From Clostridia bacterium (GTDB taxonomy: Bacteria; Bacillota; Clostridia; Oscillospirales; CAG-272), in the NCBI GenBank assembly GCA_017938885.1, contig JAGBAS010000028.1:909-64908 (forward strand): 64,000 nt of DNA, read 5' to 3'. The first letter of the stretch is position 1. The number at the start of each line of letters is the position of its first letter. A model generated the notes under the pieces. The model was given only the letters and a program-made list of their open reading frames with translations. It made no database searches and had not been told where the DNA came from. Of the stretch, positions 16,290 to 26,116 are shown piece by piece. The translations under genes were made by a program, and so were the position numbers.

Positions 16290-19200
16290 ATGGATTCCAC
16301 CAACCAGATCCCTACGACTTCGCCAGAAATCCCCGCTATCCTGAAAAACGGGATGCTGAAAAAACAGCCCCGCTGGAAGACCTTCTTGCAAAACACCTTC
16401 GGGGAGTATGGCTATCTTCTCTTTGCCGCCCTCATCCCCATGGTGCTGTTCTACCTCATCTACCTCATCACCCAACAGCTCTACCCCTTCGGAGACGGTA
16501 CCGTGCTGGTGCTGGATCTGAACGGTCAGTACGTCTCCTTCTACGAGGGACTGCACGACATCCTGCGGGGGGAGGCTGATCTGCTCTACTCCTTCTCACG
16601 GAATCTGGGCGGCGAATTTTTGGGTATTTACGACTACTACGTCGCCTCTCCCTTTGCTATGCTCCTGGCACTCTTCCCCGAGCGCTTCATGCTGGAGGCT
16701 CTGCTCATCCTGTTCCTCATCAAAGCCGGGCTTTGCGGACTCTTCATGGGCATCTACCTCCACAAGCATTCTGCGGGAGAGCCCAATCGCTTGACGGTGG
16801 TGACCTTCGCGGTCATGTACGCCATGTCTGCCTACTGCGTGGTTCAGCAGCACAACTCCATGTGGATCGACGCGGTGATGTGGTTGCCGCTGCTGTGTCT
16901 GGGTATTGAATCCCTCATTAAGTACGGCCACTTCCGCCTGTACGTCTTTACTCTGGCCATCACCCTCCATTCCAACTTCTACATCGGCTACATGGTGGTG
17001 ATCTTCACGGTGGCCTACTGCTTCTACTACTACTTCGCCCACAACCGAAACAACGAGAACAATCCCCTCGGAGAAAAGGCTCACTTCATCAAGTCGGTGG
17101 GCCGTGTGGCGGTGTGGTCGGTGCTGGCGGTGGGGATCGCCGCTCTGGCCATCCTGTCGGCGCGCTACGCATTGAGCTTCGGTAAGGACGAGTTCTCCAA
17201 CCCCAACTGGGAGATTACCCAAAAGTTCGATCTCTTCGAATTCTTCTACAAGTTCCTCCCCTCCTCCTACGATACCGTCCGTCCCCAGGGTCTTCCCTTC
17301 GTGTACTGCGGTGTGCTGACCCTCATTACGGTTCCCGCCTTCTTCATGAACAAGAAGTTTTCCATGCGGGAAAAGGTTGCGGCAGGACTTTTGATCCTGT
17401 TCTTCGTGGGATCCTTTGCCACCAGCTCCATCGACCTCATCTGGCACGGCTTCCAGAAGCCCAACTGGCTCAACTACCGCTACAGCTTCATGCTGTGCTT
17501 CTTCCTGATCGCGCTGGGCTACCGCGCCTTCGACCGCATCCTGTACACCTCCCGCAAGGCCCTCATGGGCGTGGTCATCGGCATCGGTGCCTACGTGGTC
17601 ATCCTCCAGAAATTCACAGATATTCTGGTGGAGGAGGAGGAAAAGCTGGTCATTCGCCCATTCGCGACCATCTGGCTGTCGCTTGGCTGTCTCTTCGCTT
17701 ACTTCGTGCTGGTTTCTCTGTATGGCAAGGTCAAGGAGCGGCAGAAGGAAACCGTATCCATGGTACTGCTCTTCGTGGTCTGCATTGAGGTGTTCCTCTC
17801 GGGCTCCTCGGATATGCACCAGCTGGATGAGGACGTGACCTTCTCCAAGTATTCCCGCTACAACAACATGATCGATACCGTCCGCCCCATCACCGACACC
17901 ATTCACGAATACGACAGCGGCTTCTACCGCATGGAAAAGACCTACTTCCGCAAGACCAACGATAACTTCGCCCTGGGCATCAAGGGTCTTTCCTGCTCCA
18001 CCTCCACCCTCAACCGCGATACCATCGATTTCCTCCGAAGCATGGGCTACGCCTCCCGCTCCCACTGGTCGAGATACCTGGGCGGCACCCCTGTCAACGA
18101 TTCCCTCCTGGGCATCAAGTACCTCATCTCCAACGAGGACGAGACCGACTATTACGGCCCCGCTCTGTTCACCCGTGAGGACTATGGCTACGACGAGGAT
18201 TTTGAGCCCAACGGCAACTACGACGTCTACTTCAACGAGTTCGCTCTGTCCTTCGCCTACGGCGTAGCCGACGGCTGGCTGGCCTTTGACTACGAGAAAT
18301 ACGACAATCCCTACGACCGGCTCAACGCCATGATTACCGTCATGCTGGGTGAGAGCGAGACTGTGGAGGTCTTCAAGCCCGCCATCCAGAACGGGGAACC
18401 CGAGGTCGTCAACCTCAACACGGGCACAGCAGACGGGCATCATTCCTACAAGGTGGACGACAAGACCAAGGCCGGTCTGCTCTACTACCACTACACGGTT
18501 CCCGCCGACACCGAGCTCTACTTCTTCTACCCCAACCGCTACCTGCGCGAGGTCTCCTTGAACGTGGCCACCGTGGATAATGGTGACCAGACCAACTACA
18601 CGGGCAAGGGCACCTTCGGCGGCGGCGAGACCAACCGCATCGTCTCTCTGGGCGAGTCCTCGACCGGAGAGCTTTACCTCAAGGTCGAGGTCAAGAACGA
18701 CTCCAACAACCTCTACGTCATCCCCAAGGACTCCTACGTCTACTACATCGACATGGAAGTCTTCAAGGACGCCTTCTCCCGTCTGGGGCGGACCCAGTTC
18801 ATCATAGACGATTCCTCCACCGACAGCCATCTGACGGGCACTGTTACCACAAGCAGCGACCGCCAGCTCATGTTCACCTCCAGTCCCTACGACGAGGGTT
18901 GGAATATCTATGTGGACGGCGAAAAGGTCGAGATCTACGAGGCCAACAATTCTCTCGTCTCCTTCTACGTGGAAGGCGCGGGCGAGCACGAGATCGAAAT
19001 GAAATATATGCCCGCCACGGTTGCGCTGGGCATGACCGTTTCGGTAACCTGCTTGATCGTCTTCCTGGGGATCCTTGTGATCTATCCCTTCGTCAAGAAG
19101 ATCCCCTACCTCCGCCGCCTGGTTCTGATCGAGGGCAAGGAGCTGCCTGAGCTGGCAACGGCTGAGTACCGCGCCGAGATCAGCGAGGGAGACATCGGGG

Positions 19201-19382
19201 CTCCTGAACGGGAAAAGACCCCCGAAGAGCTCATCGCCGAGACCGAAGCCGCACTGTACGGTCGGGTTCGGCTTGCGGCCAAGGAAGCCGCTCCCCGGAA
19301 GTCTGACGAGCAAAAGCAGCCTCCCAAGGAGAAAAAGCCTCAGAACAGCCGCACCGATCACCGCAAGGGCGGTAAAAAGTAA
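16290..19382 (+). CDS. YfhO-family polytopic membrane protein (glycosyltransferase-like) with a basic C-terminal extension
   Basis: 1030 aa. The architecture is many N-terminal TM helices, a large extracytoplasmic domain, one late TM, then a Lys/Glu-rich tail (...KEKKPQNSRTDHRKGGKK). This layout and the sequence feel match the YfhO family. Confidence 0.75.
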   Translation: MDSTNQIPTTSPEIPAILKNGMLKKQPRWKTFLQNTFGEYGYLLFAALIPMVLFYLIYLITQQLYPFGDGTVLVLDLNGQYVSFYEGLHDILRGEADLLYSFSRNLGGEFLGIYDYYVASPFAMLLALFPERFMLEALLILFLIKAGLCGLFMGIYLHKHSAGEPNRLTVVTFAVMYAMSAYCVVQQHNSMWIDAVMWLPLLCLGIESLIKYGHFRLYVFTLAITLHSNFYIGYMVVIFTVAYCFYYYFAHNRNNENNPLGEKAHFIKSVGRVAVWSVLAVGIAALAILSARYALSFGKDEFSNPNWEITQKFDLFEFFYKFLPSSYDTVRPQGLPFVYCGVLTLITVPAFFMNKKFSMREKVAAGLLILFFVGSFATSSIDLIWHGFQKPNWLNYRYSFMLCFFLIALGYRAFDRILYTSRKALMGVVIGIGAYVVILQKFTDILVEEEEKLVIRPFATIWLSLGCLFAYFVLVSLYGKVKERQKETVSMVLLFVVCIEVFLSGSSDMHQLDEDVTFSKYSRYNNMIDTVRPITDTIHEYDSGFYRMEKTYFRKTNDNFALGIKGLSCSTSTLNRDTIDFLRSMGYASRSHWSRYLGGTPVNDSLLGIKYLISNEDETDYYGPALFTREDYGYDEDFEPNGNYDVYFNEFALSFAYGVADGWLAFDYEKYDNPYDRLNAMITVMLGESETVEVFKPAIQNGEPEVVNLNTGTADGHHSYKVDDKTKAGLLYYHYTVPADTELYFFYPNRYLREVSLNVATVDNGDQTNYTGKGTFGGGETNRIVSLGESSTGELYLKVEVKNDSNNLYVIPKDSYVYYIDMEVFKDAFSRLGRTQFIIDDSSTDSHLTGTVTTSSDRQLMFTSSPYDEGWNIYVDGEKVEIYEANNSLVSFYVEGAGEHEIEMKYMPATVALGMTVSVTCLIVFLGILVIYPFVKKIPYLRRLVLIEGKELPELATAEYRAEISEGDIGAPEREKTPEELIAETEAALYGRVRLAAKEAAPRKSDEQKQPPKEKKPQNSRTDHRKGGKK

Positions 19383-19404
19383 CCGCCGCCCACCATAATC
19401 CGTC

Positions 19405-19441
19405 CAGGGGCCGTTTCTTCCATCGTCACGGCCCCTGTTTT
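19405..19441 (+). terminator. Terminator after the YfhO-family gene
   Basis: Stem caggggccg / cggcccctg (9 bp, 15-nt loop) followed by TTTT. Confidence 0.6.
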
Positions 19442-19455
19442 CACAAGGAGTTTCT

Positions 19456-20088
19456 ATGTATTACTACATCAAAGGCGAGCTGGTCGCCGCTACCCTCAAT
19501 ATGGCCGTGGTGGACGCGGGGGGCGTTGGCTACAAAATGTCGGTCAGCGAGAATACCTACCGAGCCCTCCCCAGACGCGGAGACAAGAATCCCGTTGTTA
19601 CCCTGTACACCTACCTCTCGGTTCGCGAGGACGGTATAGAATTATTCGGATTTGCCAATGAACGGGAGCTTTCTTCCTTTAAGATGCTTCTGTCGGTGTC
19701 AGGCGTCGGCCCCAAGGCGGCTATGGCGATTTTGTCCCTGCTGACCCCCGAAAAATTCGCTCTGGCAGTCTGCACCGAAGATAAGAAGACCATTTCCAAG
19801 GCCACGGGCGTGGGCCCCAAGACCGCCGCCCGCATCATTCTGGAGCTGCGGGACAAGCTCATGAAGGAGACCTCCATCGACGAGGATCTGTCCACCGCCG
19901 TGCTGGATCATTCCGCCGAGGCGGCCGGAGCACCTGCCAGAGGCAAGTTGAGCGAGGCCATGGACGCCCTGATCGTGCTGGGCTACACCCGCGCCGAGGC
20001 GCAAAACGTACTCAAGGGCATTGACACCCAGGCACTCTCCATCGAAGACATCATAAAAGAAGCTTTGAAAAAGCTCATGAAGAATTAA
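19456..20088 (+). CDS. ruvA: Holliday junction DNA helicase RuvA
   Basis: [10 protein letters not shown]...GVGYKMSVS...[17 protein letters not shown]...[19 protein letters not shown] (HhH motifs). RBS aaggagtttctATG. Confidence 0.95.
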   Translation: MYYYIKGELVAATLNMAVVDAGGVGYKMSVSENTYRALPRRGDKNPVVTLYTYLSVREDGIELFGFANERELSSFKMLLSVSGVGPKAAMAILSLLTPEKFALAVCTEDKKTISKATGVGPKTAARIILELRDKLMKETSIDEDLSTAVLDHSAEAAGAPARGKLSEAMDALIVLGYTRAEAQNVLKGIDTQALSIEDIIKEALKKLMKN

Positions 20089-20098
20089 GGTACGGAAT

Positions 20099-21208
20099 AT
20101 GAAGGATTTTGAAGTTGATTTTGATTTTTCAGACGAACGCGGCGACACCGATTACGAAAACCGCATCGTGACTCCCTCTTACGAGGCGGGGGATGAGACG
20201 GAGGTGTCTCTCCGTCCCCGCCGCATGGAGGAATACATCGGCCAGGACAAGGCCAAGGAAAACCTGACTGTCTACATTGAGGCCGCCAGGATGCGGGGAG
20301 ATTCCCTGGATCACGTTCTGCTCTACGGCCCTCCCGGTCTGGGTAAGACCACCCTGTCGGGCATCATCGCCGCCGAGATGGGGGTGAATCTGCGGGTGAC
20401 CTCGGGCCCTGCCATTGAAAAGCAGGGGGATCTGGCGGCTCTGCTGACCAACCTCAACGCGGGGGACGTTCTCTTCATTGACGAGATCCACCGTCTGCCC
20501 CGCATGGTGGAGGAGATCCTGTACCCCGCCATGGAGGATTTCGCCCTGGATATCATCATCGGTAAAGGCCCCGCCGCCCGCTCCATCCGCATCGATCTGC
20601 CCAAATTCACCCTGATCGGCGCTACCACCCGCGCAGGTCAGCTCACTACCCCGCTCCGCGACCGCTTCGGCGTACTGCTCAAGCTGGAGCTGTACACCCC
20701 CGAGCAGCTTTCCGAGATCGTCAAGCGCAGTGCCTCCATTCTGGGTATTCCCATCACCGAGGATGGTGCTCTGGAGATCGCTTCCCGCTCCCGCGGTACC
20801 CCCCGTATCGCCAACCGACTGCTCAAGCGAGTCCGCGACTTCGCCATGGTGCAGGGCAAGACCGAGATCGACGAGGAGGCCGCCATGTACGCCCTGGATC
20901 GGCTGGAGATCGACGAGCTGGGTCTGGACAACACTGACCGCCGCATGATGGAAGCCATTATCAGCTTCTACGGCGGAGGCCCCGTGGGTTTGGACACTCT
21001 GGCCGCCACCATTGGCGAGGAGGCCATCACCATCGAGGACGTCTATGAGCCCTACCTGATGCAGCTGGGCTTCATCCAGCGCACCCCCAGAGGCCGTTGT
21101 GTGACCCGGCTGGCCTACGAGCACCTGGGGCTCAAGCCGCCCGTATCGAGGCAGGCGAAAGAGGCGCAGGATCAGCTCAAGCTCTTTGAGGATGGTGAGG
21201 ATGCGTGA
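20099..21208 (+). CDS. ruvB: Holliday junction DNA helicase RuvB
   Basis: [19 protein letters not shown], Walker [10 protein letters not shown], Walker [10 protein letters not shown], and sensor [18 protein letters not shown]. Confidence 0.97.
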   Translation: MKDFEVDFDFSDERGDTDYENRIVTPSYEAGDETEVSLRPRRMEEYIGQDKAKENLTVYIEAARMRGDSLDHVLLYGPPGLGKTTLSGIIAAEMGVNLRVTSGPAIEKQGDLAALLTNLNAGDVLFIDEIHRLPRMVEEILYPAMEDFALDIIIGKGPAARSIRIDLPKFTLIGATTRAGQLTTPLRDRFGVLLKLELYTPEQLSEIVKRSASILGIPITEDGALEIASRSRGTPRIANRLLKRVRDFAMVQGKTEIDEEAAMYALDRLEIDELGLDNTDRRMMEAIISFYGGGPVGLDTLAATIGEEAITIEDVYEPYLMQLGFIQRTPRGRCVTRLAYEHLGLKPPVSRQAKEAQDQLKLFEDGEDA

Positions 21209-21221
21209 ATTCATCCACAGC

Positions 21222-21262
21222 AAAAGCCCCATCGGGATGGTTTTCCGATGGGGCTTTTGGTT
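21222..21262. terminator. Bidirectional terminator between the convergent ruvB and EEP genes
   Basis: aaaagccccatcgg-gatggttttc-cgatggggctttt. The stem is flanked by an A-run and a T-run. Confidence 0.7.
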
Positions 21263-21273
21263 TGATCGGCCGA

Positions 21274-21984
21274 TCAGAGGAGGGTGAATCGGCACCACAG
21301 CAAATTGTGATCCGAGGCATCGCCCTCGATCATGCCGGAGGAGGCGGGTATCATGCACCCCTCGCGGTAGACGATATTGTCGATCGCAACGGGGTTTCCT
21401 CGGAAGGTCTTGTACTCGTGGGAGGTATGATTGACCAGGGCATAGCCCCGACTCGTCACGGGGGTAAAGGCGTCGAAGTCCTCGGTGTTGAAGTCACCCG
21501 TGAGGACGGCGGGGACGCCGTCCGGGATATGCGCCTTCATCCAATCTGCCAGGATACGGAACTGGATATCCTGCTGGTCCCGGGACTCCACCGAGAGATG
21601 GGTATTGAGCAGAGCCAAGGCATTTCCGTCCCCAAGCTCTGCCGTGATCCAGCCAAAGGCGCGGGGCTCGTACTGCGCCGAGGAAAGCGGGAGGACACCG
21701 CTTGCCACGATAGGGTAGCGGGAAAGGATGGCGGTGCCGTACTGCCCGCCGTCGTAGTCCATGGCAGGAATAAAGAGAGCATGGGGCATCCCCGTGGCGC
21801 GAGTCAGCTCGGTGACGGTATCCAGTCCGCCCGTGCGGTTGGTGAACATATCAATCTCCTGAAAGCCCACAAGATCGGCACCTGCTTCGCGGATCAAAGA
21901 GGCGATCTTGTCCCAGTCGTAGCCCGCGTAGTGGCCATGGCAGATGTTATAGGTGGCAATGGTGATCTGTTTCATAGCTTTCAT
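21274..21984 (-). CDS. Endonuclease/exonuclease/phosphatase (EEP) family protein
   Basis: ITIATYNICHG...GFQEID...LTGDFNTEDF...DASDHNLLW. These are canonical EEP motifs. The start could instead be 21975. Confidence 0.8.
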   Translation of the reverse strand: MKAMKQITIATYNICHGHYAGYDWDKIASLIREAGADLVGFQEIDMFTNRTGGLDTVTELTRATGMPHALFIPAMDYDGGQYGTAILSRYPIVASGVLPLSSAQYEPRAFGWITAELGDGNALALLNTHLSVESRDQQDIQFRILADWMKAHIPDGVPAVLTGDFNTEDFDAFTPVTSRGYALVNHTSHEYKTFRGNPVAIDNIVYREGCMIPASSGMIEGDASDHNLLWCRFTLL

Positions 21985-21987
21985 GCT

Positions 21988-22016
21988 CGGGCGGGGATGG
22001 TTCCCCGCCCTTTTTT
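21988..22016 (+). other. GC hairpin plus T6 oriented for plus-strand termination, located between two minus-strand genes
   Basis: gggcgggga-tggt-tccccgccc followed by tttttt on the plus strand. On the minus strand the run precedes the hairpin. Confidence 0.4.
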
Positions 22017-22020
22017 CGTA

Positions 22021-25000
22021 TCAGTTCAGCATATCGCGGTCGAGGATATCGAAGGTGACGCCGCCCACGTGAGGCATGCTCTTGCGGTTGGCTCTGCCGC
22101 CGTCGTAGTAGACGAAGCCGGCATTCTCATATTGCAGGGTACCGCGCAGATTCTCCAGCTTGACGTTCTCCATGGAGCCGTCGCCTGCCTCGGTGTGGAA
22201 GGTGACCTTGACCTCCAGGTCGTCGTCGTAGAGCTGGTTGGAGAAGGCATAGCGGTAGGGGGTCATGGTCTCGGTCAGCTCGTAGGTGGTCACAGAGTTA
22301 TTCAGGAGGCAACCGTTGTGCCAGACCTCGATGGTGACCCATGCTCTTGCCTCACCCACCTTAGCGGCGGTGAAGGTGATCTCGACCTGGTCGGAATTCT
22401 TGATGGTATCCAGCTTGCCTGTAGTGAAGACATTCTGCGTGCCCTCGACGGGGGCGTTCAGGGACTCCAGGGCTGAGGCCGTGATCTTGGTGTGGAAGGG
22501 TACCAGATAGACGGTGCCTTCCCACTTACCCTCGGTATCGATGGATTTCAAGAGGCCGGTGCTCTCGCCGTTGGCACCCTGGCCGATCTGGACGATGTTG
22601 TACTGCTTATCGCCGCTTTGAATGCTGACCGAGCCGGTGGTACCGCCCGTGTAGCCGGGTCTGGGAAGATTATCCTCCGTCAGCTTATCGATAGCATACT
22701 GCTCGTAGGTTTCAAATTCGCCGCCAAAGGTCATCTGGTGAACGTAACGGACACCCTGATCCCACATCATCTTGAGCTGTCTGTAGGTAGCGTTATTGTC
22801 CTTGGTCATGGCACCATACTCGCCCAGGGTAATGTTGCTGTGGCCGATCACGTTGGCGTTGTATGCGATGTTGTTGCGCTGGCTGAGAGCGCCGTAGCGG
22901 GTTCCGCCGTATGCGGTACCGCAGGTCAGAACCACGTCAATGGGGGTCAAACGGGTATCGGCATCCCCCAGGAAGCCCGAAACAGCCTCACCCTCGGGGA
23001 TCTGGTGAGCGGTAATGGACTCGGGAGGATAACCGGCCAGCAGAGCCTCGCGGTAAGCCTCCATGATGCGCTTGGAGACGATATAACGGTTGTACATGGC
23101 CCACTCGGTGAAGTAGTCGCCCTTGTACTTATCCCAGTTGCCGCGGCCGTTGTCACGGGGCGGATCGATGGCAGTGCGGTCAGCGAAGCTTGTACCGAAA
23201 ATGCTGTTGATGTTCTCAACCGATCCGTAACGATCCAGCATATAGCCGCGGAAGCCCTCAATCATGTAGGTGTTGTAATCGCCCACGGATCCGGGAACGT
23301 TGATCTCGTGCTCATGGACGGGGGACATACCGACCATATGCTCGGGATTACCGTTCACGCCTCGGAAGGCCTCGGCGGTGGCGATCAGGAAGGAACGCAG
23401 GGGGTAGAGACGGAGCTTGGCCAGATCCAGAATACCGTCGGCATAGGTGCCGTTGTGGTAGGAGTTACCCATCTCCAGGTAATTCTTGTACTCGCCCGAC
23501 TTACCGATGGCGACGTAGGAGGAATCGCCCGTGTAGACGTCGGTATAATTGGAGAGATTGTTGGTAGCGGGGATGACGTTCCAGCGGTGGGTGAAGCAGG
23601 GCTCCAGCATAAGGTATTCGGTAGCAAGGCGGTCTACGTACTGCTGATTTGCCGAGAAGGTATAGTCTGCGTAGGTGGACGTATCAAACACGGCATTTAT
23701 TTCAGCGGAAGTAGGAGCCCTACCCAAGCCGTTCATAACGTTATTGGACAGGTCGGTACGGATATGGCAGAAGTCGCCCTTGGAGACGTACTTGTCGTCG
23801 TTGTAGGCGGCCGCCATATTGGAGAAGAAGCGGTTCTCGCGGAAGCCCACGTCCAGGGTAGAGCCCTCGGCGGCATTTTCGTCGTACACAGTCAAGAAGG
23901 ACAGATTCTCCTGACCCTCACGAACGGGCAGAGAAACGATATACTTCTGTCCCGTGACGTTGGAGGCACTGACACCGATGGCATCAGCGGGGAGGGTGAT
24001 GCCTGCATTGGCAAACTCAGCCTTCTGGGCGTTGCCCTCAAAGACGGCCTGAACCGAGTGGAAGTAGAGGATCACGCTGTCAGCCTCGCCGCTGTTGCGG
24101 ACGGAGAGGGCGACGTTGACCCCTGCATTCTCGGTATTCAAGGCGAAGGAGCAATCCAGGGTATGCTCGGATATGACCGAGCCGTCGGAGAGATTGATGA
24201 TGGCGTAGCGCAATTCACCCTTGTCGTTGGTGGTCTGGGAGGCGACCAGAAGCACCTCGTCCGTAACCCCCTCGGCAAAGTGACCCGTCACGATGTAGTG
24301 GGGGCCGGGAATGACCTCGCGGACATTGACGGTCATGCGGATCATGCCGAAGCTATCGAAGATACGGATATCGCCGTCCTTACCGTCGTGGGAGGCGAAG
24401 GGAGCGGTGGCGATCAGTACCTCCTCGCCCACCTTGGCGGCGGCTACCTGAACGCCGCCCTTTACCGTGGCATCAAAGGCCAAAAACTGGGTGATGCAGG
24501 CGTTCTGATTATTGTAGACGCGCACGGTGGTGAAGTTGTCCTTGTGCATACCCTCGCCCGCGACCAGGGCAGGCGCGGTCTTCAGGCTGTTCATCTGACC
24601 CATCTGGGCGTAATAGATGGAGGTCTGGATACCCAGATTCAGGTCGGGAGCGGTGTAGAAAATGGTATTATTGACGTCGTTGGAGATGCGGGAGGGGAGA
24701 TCGATGAAGGCGTTGACGATCTCGGTCTCGGCGGCATCGGTCATGTAGAGGTACATGGCCTCGTAGGTGTAGAGATCCTCGTAGGTGTGAAGAGGCTCGG
24801 CACCCTCGTAGAACAGCACCAGCTTGTGGTCGTAGACGGCAACGCCCATACCCAAAGCCTTGGCGACCTCGTCGGGGGTGGTGGCGGTGAGGTCGGTCTT
24901 ACCGGCCAGCGCGCCCAGCTTGGCGGCGTCCAGGGTCACAGTACCGTCAGCGTTCACCGTGACGATGCCGTCGCCGCCGGCCTTCAGCTCGCCGTTGGCA

Positions 25001-25311
25001 TAGTATTTGGTACCGCCTGCGGTGACGGCCAGGGTCTTGCGGCTACCCAGGACCTCCTTGATGCGGTTAGCGGTGGCGTACTTGGCATAGTCGGGGAGCT
25101 TGGAAGCGGGGAAGCTCACCGACGATACGGTGGGAACGGGATCGGTCTCGGGCTCGCCGGTGGTACTGTCGGGAGCGACGGTATCAATGGTGTCGGGGGG
25201 AGTGGTTCCTTCGTCGGGCGGGTCACTCTGCTTGCAAGCGATGGCAGTCAGAAGCAGCGTCAGCAAGAGCAGGGAGGCGGCAAGGAGGCGAATGATCTGG
25301 ATTCGTTTCAT
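22021..25311 (-). CDS. Large surface lipoprotein of unknown function (possible glycoside hydrolase)
   Basis: 1096 aa. Lipobox LLLTAIAC followed by an acidic P/T/D/E linker. RBS aaaggaaaaccatgtcATG. I recognise no catalytic family by eye. Confidence 0.7.
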   Translation of the reverse strand: MKRIQIIRLLAASLLLLTLLLTAIACKQSDPPDEGTTPPDTIDTVAPDSTTGEPETDPVPTVSSVSFPASKLPDYAKYATANRIKEVLGSRKTLAVTAGGTKYYANGELKAGGDGIVTVNADGTVTLDAAKLGALAGKTDLTATTPDEVAKALGMGVAVYDHKLVLFYEGAEPLHTYEDLYTYEAMYLYMTDAAETEIVNAFIDLPSRISNDVNNTIFYTAPDLNLGIQTSIYYAQMGQMNSLKTAPALVAGEGMHKDNFTTVRVYNNQNACITQFLAFDATVKGGVQVAAAKVGEEVLIATAPFASHDGKDGDIRIFDSFGMIRMTVNVREVIPGPHYIVTGHFAEGVTDEVLLVASQTTNDKGELRYAIINLSDGSVISEHTLDCSFALNTENAGVNVALSVRNSGEADSVILYFHSVQAVFEGNAQKAEFANAGITLPADAIGVSASNVTGQKYIVSLPVREGQENLSFLTVYDENAAEGSTLDVGFRENRFFSNMAAAYNDDKYVSKGDFCHIRTDLSNNVMNGLGRAPTSAEINAVFDTSTYADYTFSANQQYVDRLATEYLMLEPCFTHRWNVIPATNNLSNYTDVYTGDSSYVAIGKSGEYKNYLEMGNSYHNGTYADGILDLAKLRLYPLRSFLIATAEAFRGVNGNPEHMVGMSPVHEHEINVPGSVGDYNTYMIEGFRGYMLDRYGSVENINSIFGTSFADRTAIDPPRDNGRGNWDKYKGDYFTEWAMYNRYIVSKRIMEAYREALLAGYPPESITAHQIPEGEAVSGFLGDADTRLTPIDVVLTCGTAYGGTRYGALSQRNNIAYNANVIGHSNITLGEYGAMTKDNNATYRQLKMMWDQGVRYVHQMTFGGEFETYEQYAIDKLTEDNLPRPGYTGGTTGSVSIQSGDKQYNIVQIGQGANGESTGLLKSIDTEGKWEGTVYLVPFHTKITASALESLNAPVEGTQNVFTTGKLDTIKNSDQVEITFTAAKVGEARAWVTIEVWHNGCLLNNSVTTYELTETMTPYRYAFSNQLYDDDLEVKVTFHTEAGDGSMENVKLENLRGTLQYENAGFVYYDGGRANRKSMPHVGGVTFDILDRDMLN

Positions 25312-25363
25312 GACATGGTTTTCCTTTCTTTAGAGGATGGGGGTAATTTTGGGGGAGCGGGGA

Positions 25364-25981
25364 TCACGGGAGGGCGCGGAGGTAGGCTTGGGTATCGAAG
25401 AACTCAAGAGGGGTGTCACTCTTAAGGTACAACGGGTGGTGAGGGTGTCCCTTGACCGACAGGGGGCCCGCGTGGTACCAGACGGCACCGGCGCGGTCAG
25501 CAAGCTCGGTCATATCGCGGACACAGTCGGCGAGGTAGAGTCGCTTTTCAATGATAGCTCCCCAGGCCGCCCAGACGGCGGGCTTCTCCCCCGCGATGGA
25601 GAGGAGATACTCAAAGGCCTTCATGTTCTCGGTGTGGAGCCACTCGTTGCGCTCACGCTCCATATCGTCGGGGCGGGTGGCGCGCTGGGCGTAGACGTTG
25701 AACATGAGGAAGGAGTCATAGCCGTTGGCATGGGCGATGCGCTGGGCGGACTTGAGGGTGGGGTCAAGGTTATTGGGAGCGGCGGTGGAGGGGTTGATGC
25801 CCACGCAGATGACGGGGCGCTTCCCTCTCGTGCCCAGTATGTATCGGTACTCGTCGTAGCGGTTGGGGACGTAGAGCCAGTCGTTCACTTCATAGTCAGG
25901 GTGGGGGAGGAGGGCTTGGGTGAGGGCGTCCTCAAAGGGGAGGACGTCGATGTAGGTGGTGGGGGAGGTGGGGATGTGCAT
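25364..25981 (-). CDS. DUF1643-like protein
   Basis: ...ICVGINPSTAAPNNLDPTLKSAQRIAHANGYDSFLMFNVYAQRAT... resembles the DUF1643 core. I moved the start to MHIPT (RBS gaaaggagtgccctATG) because the upstream extension is encoded by heptad repeat D. Confidence 0.6.
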   Translation of the reverse strand: MHIPTSPTTYIDVLPFEDALTQALLPHPDYEVNDWLYVPNRYDEYRYILGTRGKRPVICVGINPSTAAPNNLDPTLKSAQRIAHANGYDSFLMFNVYAQRATRPDDMERERNEWLHTENMKAFEYLLSIAGEKPAVWAAWGAIIEKRLYLADCVRDMTELADRAGAVWYHAGPLSVKGHPHHPLYLKSDTPLEFFDTQAYLRALP

Positions 25982-26000
25982 AGGGCACTCCTTTCGTGGT

Positions 26001-26116
26001 AAGATACGAGATACGCGCCGAGCAAGCTCGGCAGATACAAGATACAAGATAAAAAAGAGAGGCAGTGCGAAAGTCCAACGTATATCTTGTATCTTTGTAT
26101 CTTGTATCTTTGTATC
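26001..26116. repeat. Heptad-armed palindromic element D, (GATACAA)n / (TTGTATC)n
   Basis: Sequence: aaGATACGAGATACG-cgccgagcaagctcggca-GATACAAGATACAAGATAaaa...loop...atatcTTGTATCTTTGTATCTTGTATCTTTGTATC. It abuts the polC stop codon (26117..26119). Confidence 0.85.

Noticed and set aside
16596-19361. 921-aa ORF antisense to the YfhO-family gene. Similar giant antisense ORFs lie at 22492..25425, 27809..30154, 52695..56603, 60400..63147, 7608..8804, 2187..3413, 9681..11108 and 37264..38850.
   Set aside because: Their translations are Gly/Val/Ala/Asp/His-rich low-information sequence with no motifs, no RBS and no sensible starts. They mirror strongly supported genes on the other strand. Long stop-free antisense frames are the expected by-product of GC3-rich codon usage.
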